Assembly: GCF_964213995.1 (NCBI RefSeq)
Contig: NC_135819.1
Location: 44,454,001 to 44,518,000 of the forward strand
Source of the DNA: Mustelus asterias
Lineage: Eukaryota
Reading direction: 5' to 3'
Length of the DNA stretch: 64,000 bases
The translations under genes were made by a program, and so were the position numbers. The notes beneath the pieces were generated by a model. That model did no database searches. It was not told the origin of the DNA and worked only from the letters and a program-made list of their open reading frames with translations. Positions 9,730 to 21,574 of the stretch are shown one piece after another (the first letter of the stretch is position 1; every line of letters starts with the position of its first letter).

Positions 9730-10495
9730 TGACCATCTCCCCCAAGAGACAGAATCTACCCATAGTCCCCCAACAATCAATGGCTTTACCATTGCTGAAT
9801 TTCCCACTATCAACATCCTGGGTGTTACCATTGACCAGAAACTGAACTGGACTGGCCATATAAATACTGTGGCTAGCAGAGCAGGTCAGAGGCTAGGAAT
9901 CCTTTTGTAAGTATCTCACTTTCTGACTCCCCAAAGCCTGTCTACCATCTACAACGGACAAGTCTGGAGAAAAATGAAATACTCTCCACTTGTCTGGATG
10001 AGTGCACCTCCAAAACATTCAAGAAGCCTGGCACCATCCAGGACAAAGTTGTCCACTTGACTGCTACCCCTTCAACACACATTTAATCCCTCTACCGCCG
10101 ATGAACAGTGGCAGCAGTGTGTACCATCTCCAAGATGCACTGCATGAACCCACGAAGGTTCCTTAGGCTGCACCTTTCAAACCCATGTTTTCAGCCATCT
10201 AGAAGGACAAGGGCAACAGATATCTGGGAACACCATCACCTGGAGGTTCCCCTCCAAGTCACTCACCATCCTGACTTGCAAATATATCGTCGTTCCTTGT
10301 TGTTGTTGTTGGGTTGTTGTTGGGTCAAAATCCTGGAATTCCCTCTCTAACAGCACTGTGGGAGTACCAACACCTCAGGAACTACAGCAGTTCAAGAAGG
10401 TGGCTCATCACCACGTTCTCAAGGGCAAGTAAGGATGGGCAATTAATGCTGGCCAGCCAGTGACACCCACACCCCACAAATGAATTTTTAAAAAA
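9730..10495 (+). mobile_element. Decayed L2/CR1-clade LINE 3' part (also ~23901-24666, 38078-38843, 52251-53016)
   Basis: INILGVTIDQKLNWTGHI...RAGQRLGIL RT thumb motif; tail ggatgggcaattaatgctggccagccag..aatgaatttttaaaaaa. Confidence 0.8.
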
Positions 10496-10855
10496 TTCTT
10501 CATCCTCCTCATTCGAAATGGATTTAAGACAGCTACTCTATGTTTGATGACACTTCCAAATAGACTTGTGAGACAGTTTATCATAGTTTAGTTACACAAC
10601 ATTGCCACAGTGGTCCATATAACATCAATCTAGCATGTAATTTGACTGCTTGACTCATTTAGCATCAGGTTGTTTCATCAGACTGGTAATTCACTCATCA
10701 TCTCAAAGATCAAAGGGGGTGAAGAGGGTGATATTCTGCTATCTGCAAGAGGAGGAGTCACACTGCAGGAAAACTACATTCCACAGACCAACCTACTGAG
10801 CACATACCACCAGACTCAGTTTTCTAGTGGGTATCAACAAAAAACCTGATAATAT

Positions 10856-11174
10856 GGGCTGTACGGTGGCACAGTGTTTAGCAATTCTGCCTCACAGCTC
10901 CAGTGACCCAGGTTCGATTCCCGGCTTGGGTCACTATCTGTGTGGAGTTTGCACATTCTCCCCGTGTCTGGGTGGGTTTTCTCCGAGTGTTCTGGTTTCC
11001 TCCCACACTCCAAAGATGTGTGGGTTAGGTTGATTGACCATGCGGAATTGTTCCTTAGGTGTCAGGGGGACTATTAGGATAAATACTTGGGGTTTTTGGG
11101 ATAGGGCCTGGGTGGGATTCTTGTCGGTGCAGGCTTGATGGACCGAATGGCCTCCTTCTATGATTCTTCTATGA
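10856..11174 (+). mobile_element. HE1-like V-SINE with CR1-type tail (also ~25027-25345, 39204-39522, 53377-53695)
   Basis: A box ggtggcacagtg(g/t)ttag, B box ggttcgattccc, V-core, tail gatggaccgaatggcctccttctatgattc. Confidence 0.85.
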
Positions 11175-11672
11175 AATCCTGTAGCTGAGCTCAGAACAGC
11201 GTGAAATAGTCAGAGAGATGGAATGAGATGGATTGGCTGTGACTTGCAGTCCATTATATTGCTTTACAACATCAGTATTGACAAAGTGTGACAAACAGGT
11301 TGTTCAGTGACAGCATGTTATATATATATATAAAAATAATTTAACATACTCTTCTCATTAGGAGCTGGGCACTCTACGGGATGGTAGTTAACGCTCATTG
11401 CAAAAAAGTGTGAACTTGGGAGCGAAAGTGCTGATTTGCTTCCCATTTGGGCAAACATGATGTCAGGAAGACGATTTGCTAAACAACTTCCAATAAATTA
11501 CAACTTAACGGTCAAGGATGCAATCACTTTCCAAGCAAACAATTAGAAAGGGAAATGTGTGTGTAAAAGTGAAAGCTGTATGTTGTTACCCTTCAATGAC
11601 AGGCCGCATGGAGCTAGTAAACAACCTATTGGAGACTAACTTAATGCAAGGTATGAAAGTGTTGTCCCTTAT

Positions 11673-11732
11673 TAGGTATGTAGCTGGTGGTAGCTGTAAT
11701 TGTAGCCCATGCCAGTGTTGGTAGCATTGTTT
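11673..11732 (-). pseudogene. Degenerate PTS micro-exon F, (E)TMLPTLAWATITATTSYIP, donor lost; copy 1
   Basis: Intact acceptor ttttcctgttctacag|AAAC; ends ATACCTA|ataagg where paralogues have ATACCTG|gtaag. Confidence 0.75.
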
Positions 11733-13076
11733 CTGTAGAACAGGAAAATCTTTCAACTTCTTACATTGCACACTGAAGCCCGTAGTATTCAGTTTAAAAA
11801 CATATATTCTTGGTCATGTGCGGCAGAATAGCATTTGTAAAAACGAAATCTATTCACTTCTATCTTAATCTACTCAATAAGATTATTTTGGAGGAAAGGA
11901 AAGAGAACCATTCAAAGCGAACAGCCTTTGCCATCAGAGCATCATTTCCACAAATATAAAGGGTTGTGGGAATTGCTATGTCAATTGGACCATTAATGGA
12001 GTTCCTGCAACAATTAGTTTTCAATGGACAGTGGAAAGCTTGGGCAGATTTATATTCAACTAGCTATCCAAAAAAAAAGAGTGGTTTTAAAACACTTGGA
12101 CAACAATCCTGGCGCTGATACTGGAGCAACTCCTCCCAAGGCTCCAACATGATCTTAACAGAGTATACAGGGTCAATGGAAGGGTCTACCATTTAAGCAT
12201 TTATGCTGTGGACCTGCACTACATTATTCAGTCACACGTCATGTTACTGCTACTATTCATTATGAATAGGGAGTAAACAGTTGATCATGTCGAGCTAGGC
12301 ACCAGTCACTTTCTTGATGTGAGTGTGTCCGCAGTATATTAGTTATAATGCAAAAGAAATTTTAGTCCAAAAAGAGGAGATGGTTCAGGTAAGAGTTAAA
12401 TAGCATGTGAAACAATGCCGGACAAATAGTTGAAAATACACTAATCATCTTATTGCTATCCACTTCTCTAATTGATGTATTAGCCCATGTATTTGATATG
12501 GACCAATGACTCGATTAAAATGACAGACATTGTCTTATGAATCAGTGCATCTTTTGGGCAGACTATTACTACAATAATTTCTAATTTGGATCTACTATTG
12601 CTTTATCAGCTTGATGCATTATCTGTGTCGGATGTAGGATTTTCACTCATATAGGGCAAGTTTGTTCAAAGTGTTTTTGTTCTAAAAGAGATGTGTATTT
12701 TATTTATTCATTCATGGGACATGGGCGTTGCTGGCTGGCCAGCATTTATTACCCATCCCTGACTGCCTGAGGACAATTGAGAGTCAACCACTTTGCTGTG
12801 GCTCTGGAGTCACATGTCGACCAGACCAGGTAAGGACGGCAGATGACCTTCCTTAAAGGACATGAATGAACCAGATGGATTTTTACGACAGTCGACAATG
12901 GTTTCGTGGTCATCGGTAGATTCTTAATTCCAGATATTTTTTATTGAATCCAAATTTCACCATCTGCCTTGGCGGGATTCGAACCCTGGTCCCCAGAACA
13001 TTCTAGCTGAGTTTCTGGATTGATAGTCTAGTGATAATAGGCCATCATCCCCTTTACACGCAAATATCATATTTAC

Positions 13077-13436
13077 CAGGAGTGGTGGTTGTAGAGGTGG
13101 TTTCAGGCAGATAGGTTGTTGTCCGTTGTGTTGTGGTTTGTGGCTCACAGCAAACACGGATTTGATAATCATAACAAAACTTCCTGTCCAGCGAAGCACT
13201 TTCGCTGTAAACACAGACAAGTCCTGTGTCTTTGTCACAGGTCACATTGTCCGTCGATTCACTTATTGGCCTCTCCGGGTAATCAGCAAATTGACATTGG
13301 ATTTTATTAATTGCATCAGAAGAGGAAGGGCACAGTTCATCGCGCATGGAATCCAATAACTCAGAATCGCCTGGGCTGTCCTCAGAAGGCGTCTGATCAT
13401 TAATCCAAGGAGACCATTCACCGTTACATTGCTCCT
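13077..13436 (-). CDS. CysD (WxxW) exon, copy 2
   Basis: Same sequence and splice sites as 964-1323. Confidence 0.92.
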
Positions 13437-15743
13437 CTGCAAAATAAGAAGTCTGGGCTTACTGAACCTGCCTTTAAACAAGTTAATTAACAAGAAATAC
13501 AAAGATTAAAATGGCACAGCAACCTCTCTCAATTTGACGCCATATTCTTTCAACGTCATACAGCATAGAAACAGGCCCTTCAGCCCATCATGTCTATGTC
13601 AACCATCAAATACCAATCAAAATCATCCCATTTACCAGTCCTTGGTCATTAGTCTACTGTGCATTCAAGATTTAAGTGCTTGTCCAGATGTTTCTTAAAT
13701 GTTGCAAGGGTATCTGCCTCCATCACCCTCTCGGGCAGCGCATTCCATATTTCCATCGCCCTCTGGGTGAATCATCCCCCTCTAAACCACTTACTCCTCA
13801 CCTTAAACCTATGCCCTCTGGTCTTAGACTCCTCTGCCATAACTAAAAGATTCTGAAGATCTATCCTTGCTATGCCTCTCATTATTTTATATACCTCTAT
13901 CAGATCCCCCTTCAGTCTCCACTGCTCCAGGGAAAACAAACCCAGCCTATCCAGTCTCTCCTCATAGCTGAAACTTTCCATCCCTGGCAACATCCTGGTG
14001 AATCTCCTCTGCGCCCTCTCCACTGCAATCACGTTCTTCGACATTGTGACGTCCAGAACTGCACACAATATTCCATCTGTGGCCTAACCAATGTTTTATA
14101 AAGTTGTACCAACTCCTCCCTGCTCCGATAGTCTATGCGCCGGCTAATGAAGGCAAACATTCTGTATGCCTTCTTCACCATCTTATCTACCTGCGCTGCG
14201 ACCTTCAGCGTTCTATGAATTTGTACATCAAAGTCCCTTTGTTCCTCAATACTCCCTAGGGACCTACCATTCATTGTGTATATTCCACCCTTATTGGACC
14301 TCCCAAAATGCATCACCTCACACTTATCAGGATTAAATTCCATCTGCCATTGCTCTGCCCAATTTACCAGCTGATCTATATCAGTCTGTAGTCTTAGACT
14401 ATCCTCCTCGCTATCAACAACACCACCAATTTTCATGTCATCTGCAAACTTACTAATTATACCTATTACATTCCAATCCTGCACGGTGGCACAGTGGTTA
14501 GCACTGCTGCCTCACAGCGCCAGGGACCCAGGTTCAATTCCGGCCTTGGGTCATTGTCTGTGCAGAGTCTGCATGTTCTCCCCGTGTCTGCTTGGGTTTC
14601 CTCCGGGTGCTCCAGTTTCCTTCCACAGTCCGAAAGAGGTGCTGGTTAGGTGCCTTGGCCATGCTAAATTCTCCCTCAGTGTACCCGAACAGGCGCCGGA
14701 GTGTGGCGACTAGGGGATATCCACAGTAACTTTGTAGTGTTTATTAGTGTCACAAGTAAGCCTACTTGTGACACTAACAAATAAATTTTAATAAACTTTA
14801 TTCAAGTCATTAATGTATATAACAAACATCAAGGGTCCCAGCACTGATCCCTGTGGTACACCACTGGTCACAGGTTTCCAATCACAAAAGCAACCCTCCT
14901 CCATCACTTTTGGCTCCTATTAACAAGTTAATTTTGGATCCAATTGGCAACTAACCTTGGATCCCATGGGCTCCAACCTTTTGGACCAACCTTCCCCGTG
15001 GGACCTCACTGAAGTCCATGTAAACCATATCAACTGTGCTACTTTCCTGAACAGTTGCAGTCCATGTATCCATTCAGTCTCACATTGCAGTTAAGAAGAG
15101 TGGTTTTAGGATGTTGACCCCGTGATAGTGAAGGAATGGTGATATAGTTCCGAATTAGGGTGTGCAGTTGACATTCACTGGGAATAGTGCTTCAGATAAC
15201 TTATTACATTCCAGCTCCACAATTTCATCGCAATGATGCAAAGACGACCAATCCAGTACAACACTGTTCATCTAAGCACTAAGGTGCTTTCCATGTTCAT
15301 ATTCCTACTTCAGAAATCAATGGGTTAATTTTCATTTACGTGCGAGAGAGAGAAAGAGCGGGGAAATGAAATTCCAGGGAAGAATTTGAGAGTCTATTGA
15401 GAGAATTCTTTTCCTGGTTTGAAACAGAAACCACCCCGATATTTGATAACTGCAGAATTGCTATTTAATAGGAATGTATAATACAATGCCCCCACGTTGC
15501 TTGGGCTGCACATAGGATTTGTACCCTGTTCTGCTAAACATGATGCGAGGAACATAATTTCCTAAAATTGAACCAAAAATTTACAAAATAAGGAACAGCT
15601 TTGCAAACATTTTCAAAGCAAACCAATTTGAAGTAGAAAATTCAAAGCCACATTTATAAAATAATAAAACAGACCACATAAAGTTAGAATCGAATCCATT
15701 CTGAAATAGACTTAGCACAAGATATAAAATCGCTGCCAATTAC

Positions 15744-15803
15744 CGGTTGTGGTGCTGCTGGTGGGCACGGTTGAAGTTGTTGTCACAATCGGGGTTGTAG
15801 TTT
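15744..15803 (-). CDS. PTS micro-exon A, copy 2
   Basis: As 3631-3690. Confidence 0.85.
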
Positions 15804-17190
15804 CTGCAGAGGAGAAAAATATTTCAACAGTGCACACTGAGGATTATAAACTTACCTTTCTATTGCATGTAGCTAAGCACAAAATTTCTAAAAATTACAC
15901 CTATTCAATTGTATACTCAGTACACTCAATAAACTTAGCGTGGAGAGAATAGAACTACTTAATAACCCACATTCATACACTAATTGCACAAGTGAACAGT
16001 TGATGGAATTGTCACATTGATTTGCTACAGTGCAGAAAGAGGCCATTCAGCCCATCGAGTCTGCGCCGACCACAATCCCACCCAGATCCTATTCCCATAA
16101 CCCGACATTTTTACCCTGCTAATCTCCTGGCACTAAGGGGCAATTGAGCATGGCCAATGCACCTAACCCGCACATCTTTGGACTGGAGGAGGAAACTGGA
16201 GCACCCAGAGGAAACCCACACACTATTTCAGACAAGCAGTCCTTGAACTTATGACACAACTTGTTCCTGAAAACTATGTCATGTCAAAACATCATAAGTG
16301 TGAACTGATTTTCACGTAGGTACACAATGATAAAAACAATCAACTGGTTCATGACCACATGTCAATGTTCATCCTTCAGGATTATTTGTGCATCCATGTA
16401 TTGGTCTCAGGTAGTTGGAAACTTCTTGTCTGAAGCTATTTGTCAGCCAACAGGTCACTGCAGGAGATTTGACCACATGAATACACTCGCAGATGAGCCT
16501 CACATATTTACTGCGCTCTCACTGAAAGTGTCTGCCTAAACAAGACACACAAAACCAAGACAGACAGCACTGCCTCTCCCACTCTCCGTCCACCCATCGT
16601 CCTGTCCGTCTCTGGCCCCATGTCTCCGCACTGTGGGGTCACATTTTTCCAGGAAAATCGGACAGCGGTTTCACCGATTCCACAGACTTGTTCAGGTTCT
16701 GCGACTGAATAATATACAAGGCAGGTGGCATAGAGCATTGTATTGTCGAAGCCAGCATCGTAAAGCCGAAACAACATGCAGATTTATAAATATCCTAAGT
16801 GCCATTCATTTTAATTCGAACATCGAGGGATGCTTGTCGGGATATATTTGATAATATACACTTCTTGTTTGAAGCTTCGACACTGGGGACATATATCAGT
16901 TTATGCAAGTGGATGCACCCTGCAGGATTTTACCACAACTGGTACCAAATCCCTAACATACATCTTATTTCCACTAAACAATAAATTAGGAGCCCCATCT
17001 CTTAAAAGCTGCGTAAACATTACCAGAAAACAAAAATAATACATTTTCAAACCAAATAATTAGAATGGAATATCTGTGGTAAAAAGGTGAAAGTTTTATT
17101 TCATTACGTATTCAGTGACAGGCCACATGGAGTTAGAAAATAATCCATTTGTGGAAACCGTCTTGATGCAAGTTATTAAACGGCACTTAC

Positions 17191-17256
17191 CCACTTTGGG
17201 GGTGGGGGTGGTGGTGGATGCAGTTGAAGTCGTTGTTTCAATGAGTGATGTAGTTT
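17191..17256 (-). CDS. PTS micro-exon B, copy 2
   Basis: As 5078-5143. Confidence 0.85.
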
Positions 17257-17782
17257 CTACAGAAGTGAAAAATATTTCAAACCATTACACTGAGACTCAT
17301 CTGTACCAGATTTATATAGACTTACTTTTCTGCTGCAGGTAGATAAGCATAAAGTTCCTGAAGATTATAGCTATTCTCTTTATCTTAGCGTACCCAATAA
17401 ATGTACTTAGTGGAGACTGAATAGAACTATTTAATGAACCATATTCAATATTCTATTTAGTGTAAGAGTTTCCGGAATTGTTACACGGATTTGATTTCTG
17501 ATTTGATTTATTCTTGTCACATGTATTAGCATACAGTGAAGAGTATTGTTTCTTCCGTGCTAGACAGACAAAGCATACCGTTCATAGAGTACATAGTAGA
17601 GAAGGAAAGGAGAGGGTGCTGAATGTAATGTTACAGTCATATGTAGAGTGTAGAAAAAGATCAGCTTAATGCAAGATAGGTCCATTCAAAAGTCTGATGG
17701 CAGCAGGGAAGAAACATTCAAAAATAATTAATTTGTGGAGGTAGATTTGGTGCAATTTAATTCAAAAACTGCTGTCACTTAC

Positions 17783-17842
17783 CAGGCATGTAACTGGTGG
17801 TGGAGGTAGTTTTAATCATTGTCCACGTTAGTGGTACAGTTT
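17783..17842 (-). CDS. PTS micro-exon C, copy 2
   Basis: As 5670-5729. Confidence 0.7.
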
Positions 17843-19280
17843 CTATGTCGCAAGAAAAATATTGCTACACCACTCAGTGAGCCTTGCCTGTACCAGGTTT
17901 GAAAACATACTTTCCTGCTGCCCGCAGCCAAGCACCCAAATTTCAAACTTCTAGACACTTTGGTCGGGATTCTCTGATCTCATTCCCCCGCCCACCGCCC
18001 GCCCACCGCCCGCCCACCCCCCACCGCTGTCAGCAAGAACAGACAATTTCTGTCGTATGGAGAACGGCTGAGGACTCTGGGTCTGTACTTGTTGGAGTTT
18101 AGAAGGATGAAGGGGCAATCCTATTGAAACTTACAGGATACTGCGTGGTTTGGATAGGATGGACGTGGAGAGGATGTTTCCACTAGTAGGAAAAACTAGA
18201 ACCAGAGGGCACAACCTCAGGCTAAAGGGACGATCCTTTAAAGCAGAGAGGAGGAATTTCTTCAGCCAGAGAGTGGTGAACCTGTTGAACTCGTTGCCAC
18301 AGAAGGCTGTGGAGGTCATTGAGTGTCTTTAAGACAGAGATAGATAGGTTCTTGATTAATAAGGGGATCAAGGATTATGGGGAAAAGGCAGATGAATGGG
18401 GATGAGAAAACTATCAGCCATGATTGAATGGCGGAGCAGACTCAATGGGCCGAGTGGCCTAATTCTGCTCCTATGTCTTATGGTCTAATGGTGCTCAGCC
18501 GAAACTCCATTCACTGCAGCGAGACCGGAAAATCCCAGCCATGAGCAAAGTAGGAGAATTCTGGCCTTCATCTCAGTCTCGATCACAAAATTATTTCATC
18601 AGTTAATCCACAAGGCAAAATAATTTGTCAAACCTAATTTGGTAGCCCATTCCACTTAGCGCTGGCCAAAGCTTTCTGGCCCTTCCCGTTGCGGAATCTT
18701 CTGGGATCCCACTAACGTCTACGGTACTTTGTGTGGCTTGCTTGTCCCGCTGTTGAGGAATCTGCCCGGTGGGAGGTTGCCATTGGCAGAACTGGAAGAA
18801 CCTGCTGGCAGGAACGGCCAGAATCCCAGAATTCCTGTCTTTGTCCAATGTTCTGATTGCCCACTGGGTTGATTTGCTGGGCAGATCACACAAAGGCATG
18901 AGAGGCACATGCAGAACTGGAGTGTACGTCATGGGCATGGCTGCCAACACTGGATGACAGCAGCAGTGGGTGCAGGGAGATGGTGGAGTAAGAAGGTAAA
19001 GAGAGCCCAGCTCTCTAGACGGACACACGAGGACGGCCTCAACCGGGATATTGGGTTCATGTCACACTATTTGTAACTCCCACAGTTGCGTGGACCTGCA
19101 GAGTTTCACTGGCTGTCTTGTCTGGAGACAATACACATCTTTTTAGCCTGTCTTGATGCTCTCTCCACTCCCATTGTTTTGTTTCTTAAAGACTTGATTA
19201 GTTGTAAGTATTCGCATTCCAACCATTATTCATGTAAATTGAGTCTGTGTCTTTATAAGCTCTGTTTGTGAACAGAATTC

Positions 19281-19325
19281 CCACTCACCTGAAGAAGGGG
19301 CTTGCAGCTCCGAAAGCTTGTGTGG
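19281..19325 (+). ncRNA. Minimal hammerhead motif, copy 2
   Basis: As 7168-7212. Confidence 0.7.
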
Positions 19326-20071
19326 CTTTTGCTACCAAATAAACCTGTTGGACTTTAACCTGGTGTTGTTAAACTTACTGTGTTTACCCCAGTCCAACGC
19401 CGGCATCTCCACATCATAGACGGATCAGGACAGGAAGGATGGTATGTGGGGAGTGGCATGAGATGGGGGAATCATATGGGAGGAGGGGAGAGAACAGGAG
19501 GGGATAGCGTGAAAATAAAAAGGGATAGCATGGGAAGTTTGCGATTGGGAACAAGGTGGCATGGATGCAGAAGACATAGAAAGAAGGGCTAGATTGGCTG
19601 AGAATGATAGGAATGAAAGAAATGGGATGGGTATGGATATGAGAGGGTTGGCCTGGGAAGGATGGAATGTGGCTGGTAATGGCACAGGAAAGTACTGTGG
19701 GAAATGGGAAAGGTACACCATGGTAGGAGTCACATGAGAAGAATGGAAAGGTCTGGGATAACATACCAAGTGACAGTAAAAATTTCACCACAAAGGCTTT
19801 GTTGGTCCATATCATAATACGGTGGATGTTATAATAAATACATCCTTCTCACTTGGGAGCTTCGCATGCAGTGGAGAAATATGAGAATGAAAGGGCATGG
19901 CAGTTGATGCATGTTAGAAATTATCTATTATTATCTATCATTCCACGAACTGTTATGTCAGGAGTACAACTTCCTACAAGCTGCATTCAAATTTACAACT
20001 TAACGACCAGAGAAACAAATGTTTTCAAAGCAAACAATTAAAAGGATAATGTGAGGTAGAAAATGAAAGTT

Positions 20072-20954
20072 GAGGAGGTGGGGAGGCTGCAGAAAGATTT
20101 AGACAGTTTAGGAGAGTGGTCCAAGAAGTGGCTGATGAAATTCAACGTGGGCAAGTGCGAGGTCGTGCACTTTGGAAAAAAGAATAGAGGCATGGACTAT
20201 TTTCTAAACGGTGACAAAATTCATAATGCTAAAGTGCAAAGGGACTTGGGAGTCCTAGTCCAGGATTCTCTAAAGGTAAACTTGCAGGTTGAGTCCGTAA
20301 TTAAGAAAGCAAATGTAATGTTGTCATTTATCTCAAGAGGCTTGGAATACAAAAGCAGGGATGTACTTCTGAGGCTTTATAAAGCACTGGTTAGGCCCCA
20401 TTTGGAGTACTGTGAGCAATTTTGGGCCCCACACCTCAGGAAGGACATACTGGCACTGGAGCGGGTCCAGCGGAGATTCACACGGATGATCCCAGGAATG
20501 GTAGGCCTGACATACGATGAACGTCTGAGGATTGTGGGATTATATTCATTGGAGTTTAGGAGGTTGAGGGGAGATCTGATAGAGACTTACAAGATAATGA
20601 ACGGCTTAGATAGGATGGACGTAGGGAAGTTGTTTCCATTAGCAGGGGAGACTAGGACGCGGGGGCACAGCCTTAGAATAAAAGGGAGTCACTTTAGAAC
20701 AGAGATGAGGAGAAATTTCTTCAGCCAGAGAGTGGTAGGTCTGTGGAATTCATTGCCACAGAGGGCTGTGGAGGCCGAGACGTTGAGCGTCTTCAAGACA
20801 GAAATTGATAAATTCTTGATTTCTCGAGGAATTAAGGGCTATGGGGAGAGAGCGGGTAAATGGAGTTGAAATCAACCATGATTGAATGGTGAAGTGGACT
20901 CGATGGGCCGAATGGCCTTACTTCCGCTCCTATGTCTTATGGTCTTATCTTGTG
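20072..20954 (+). mobile_element. Young truncated CR1, copy 2
   Basis: ORF 20063-20869. Confidence 0.95.
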
Positions 20955-21035
20955 GTTATATTTGTTAATGAGTCAGTGATAGACCACACAGAGATGGACA
21001 GACTTGCAGCAGGGTGTACAACCATTGCTGCTTAC

Positions 21036-21095
21036 CAGGTATGTATTTGGTGGTGGATGTGGTTGTTGTCACTGTCTCAGGTTTTGATGTCGTTT
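21036..21095 (-). CDS. PTS micro-exon D, copy 2
   Basis: As 8923-8982. Confidence 0.85.
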
Positions 21096-21574
21096 CTATG
21101 AAGCAGAAAACATTTCAACCTGTGAAACTGCTCTGAGTCTCAGATTCTGCTGCATGTAGCTACGTACAGACATTGAAAAAATCAAATTGATTCACTTCTT
21201 TGTTAGTTGATTTAAATAAAATTATTTTAGTTAAGAGGGGATACAACTATTTAATAGCTCGTTCAGCCAGGAAATTAATTATACATTATAGATTTATTGG
21301 AATTGTTACATAGAATGAAGTTCTGATAAATATTGGTTCGCAATGCACAGTGGAAACCTCTTACAATCAGCAAAAGCACAGACTTGAATTCTCCAGGCAG
21401 GCAGTGGCTCTGAATATTCTCAGGCCAATTATACTCAGTCTCACTTCCCAGGAACCTCCAGCTCTAACCAGGCCTGAGGATGCCGTGTCGGTCAAAGATC
21501 CTAATGCTCAAATATTGTTAACATTGATCATCTGTCAATTGCCATCAATTTTCTCATGTGCAAGGGGTATTCTA

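Larger units (their letters stand above)
1..12113. repeat. Tandem macro-repeat copy 1 (gapped; about 2.26 kb missing relative to other copies)
   Basis: gctgatactggagc at 1 recurs at 12114, 26286, 40462, 54635; ORF track repeats with offset 12113 before the gap. Confidence 0.95.

Noticed and set aside
10296-10326. (GTT)n tract as another Thr-rich micro-exon
   Set aside because: No ag|AAAC or G|gtaa boundaries or module flanks; it is a microsatellite inside a LINE.
11318-11333. Short (TA)n and (GA)n tracts (also ~3231, ~21590)
   Set aside because: Ordinary microsatellites; useful only as copy markers.
1-12113. Copy 1 as a genuine shorter unit lacking exon E
   Set aside because: The missing segment coincides exactly with the N gap, so a biological deletion is unsupported.
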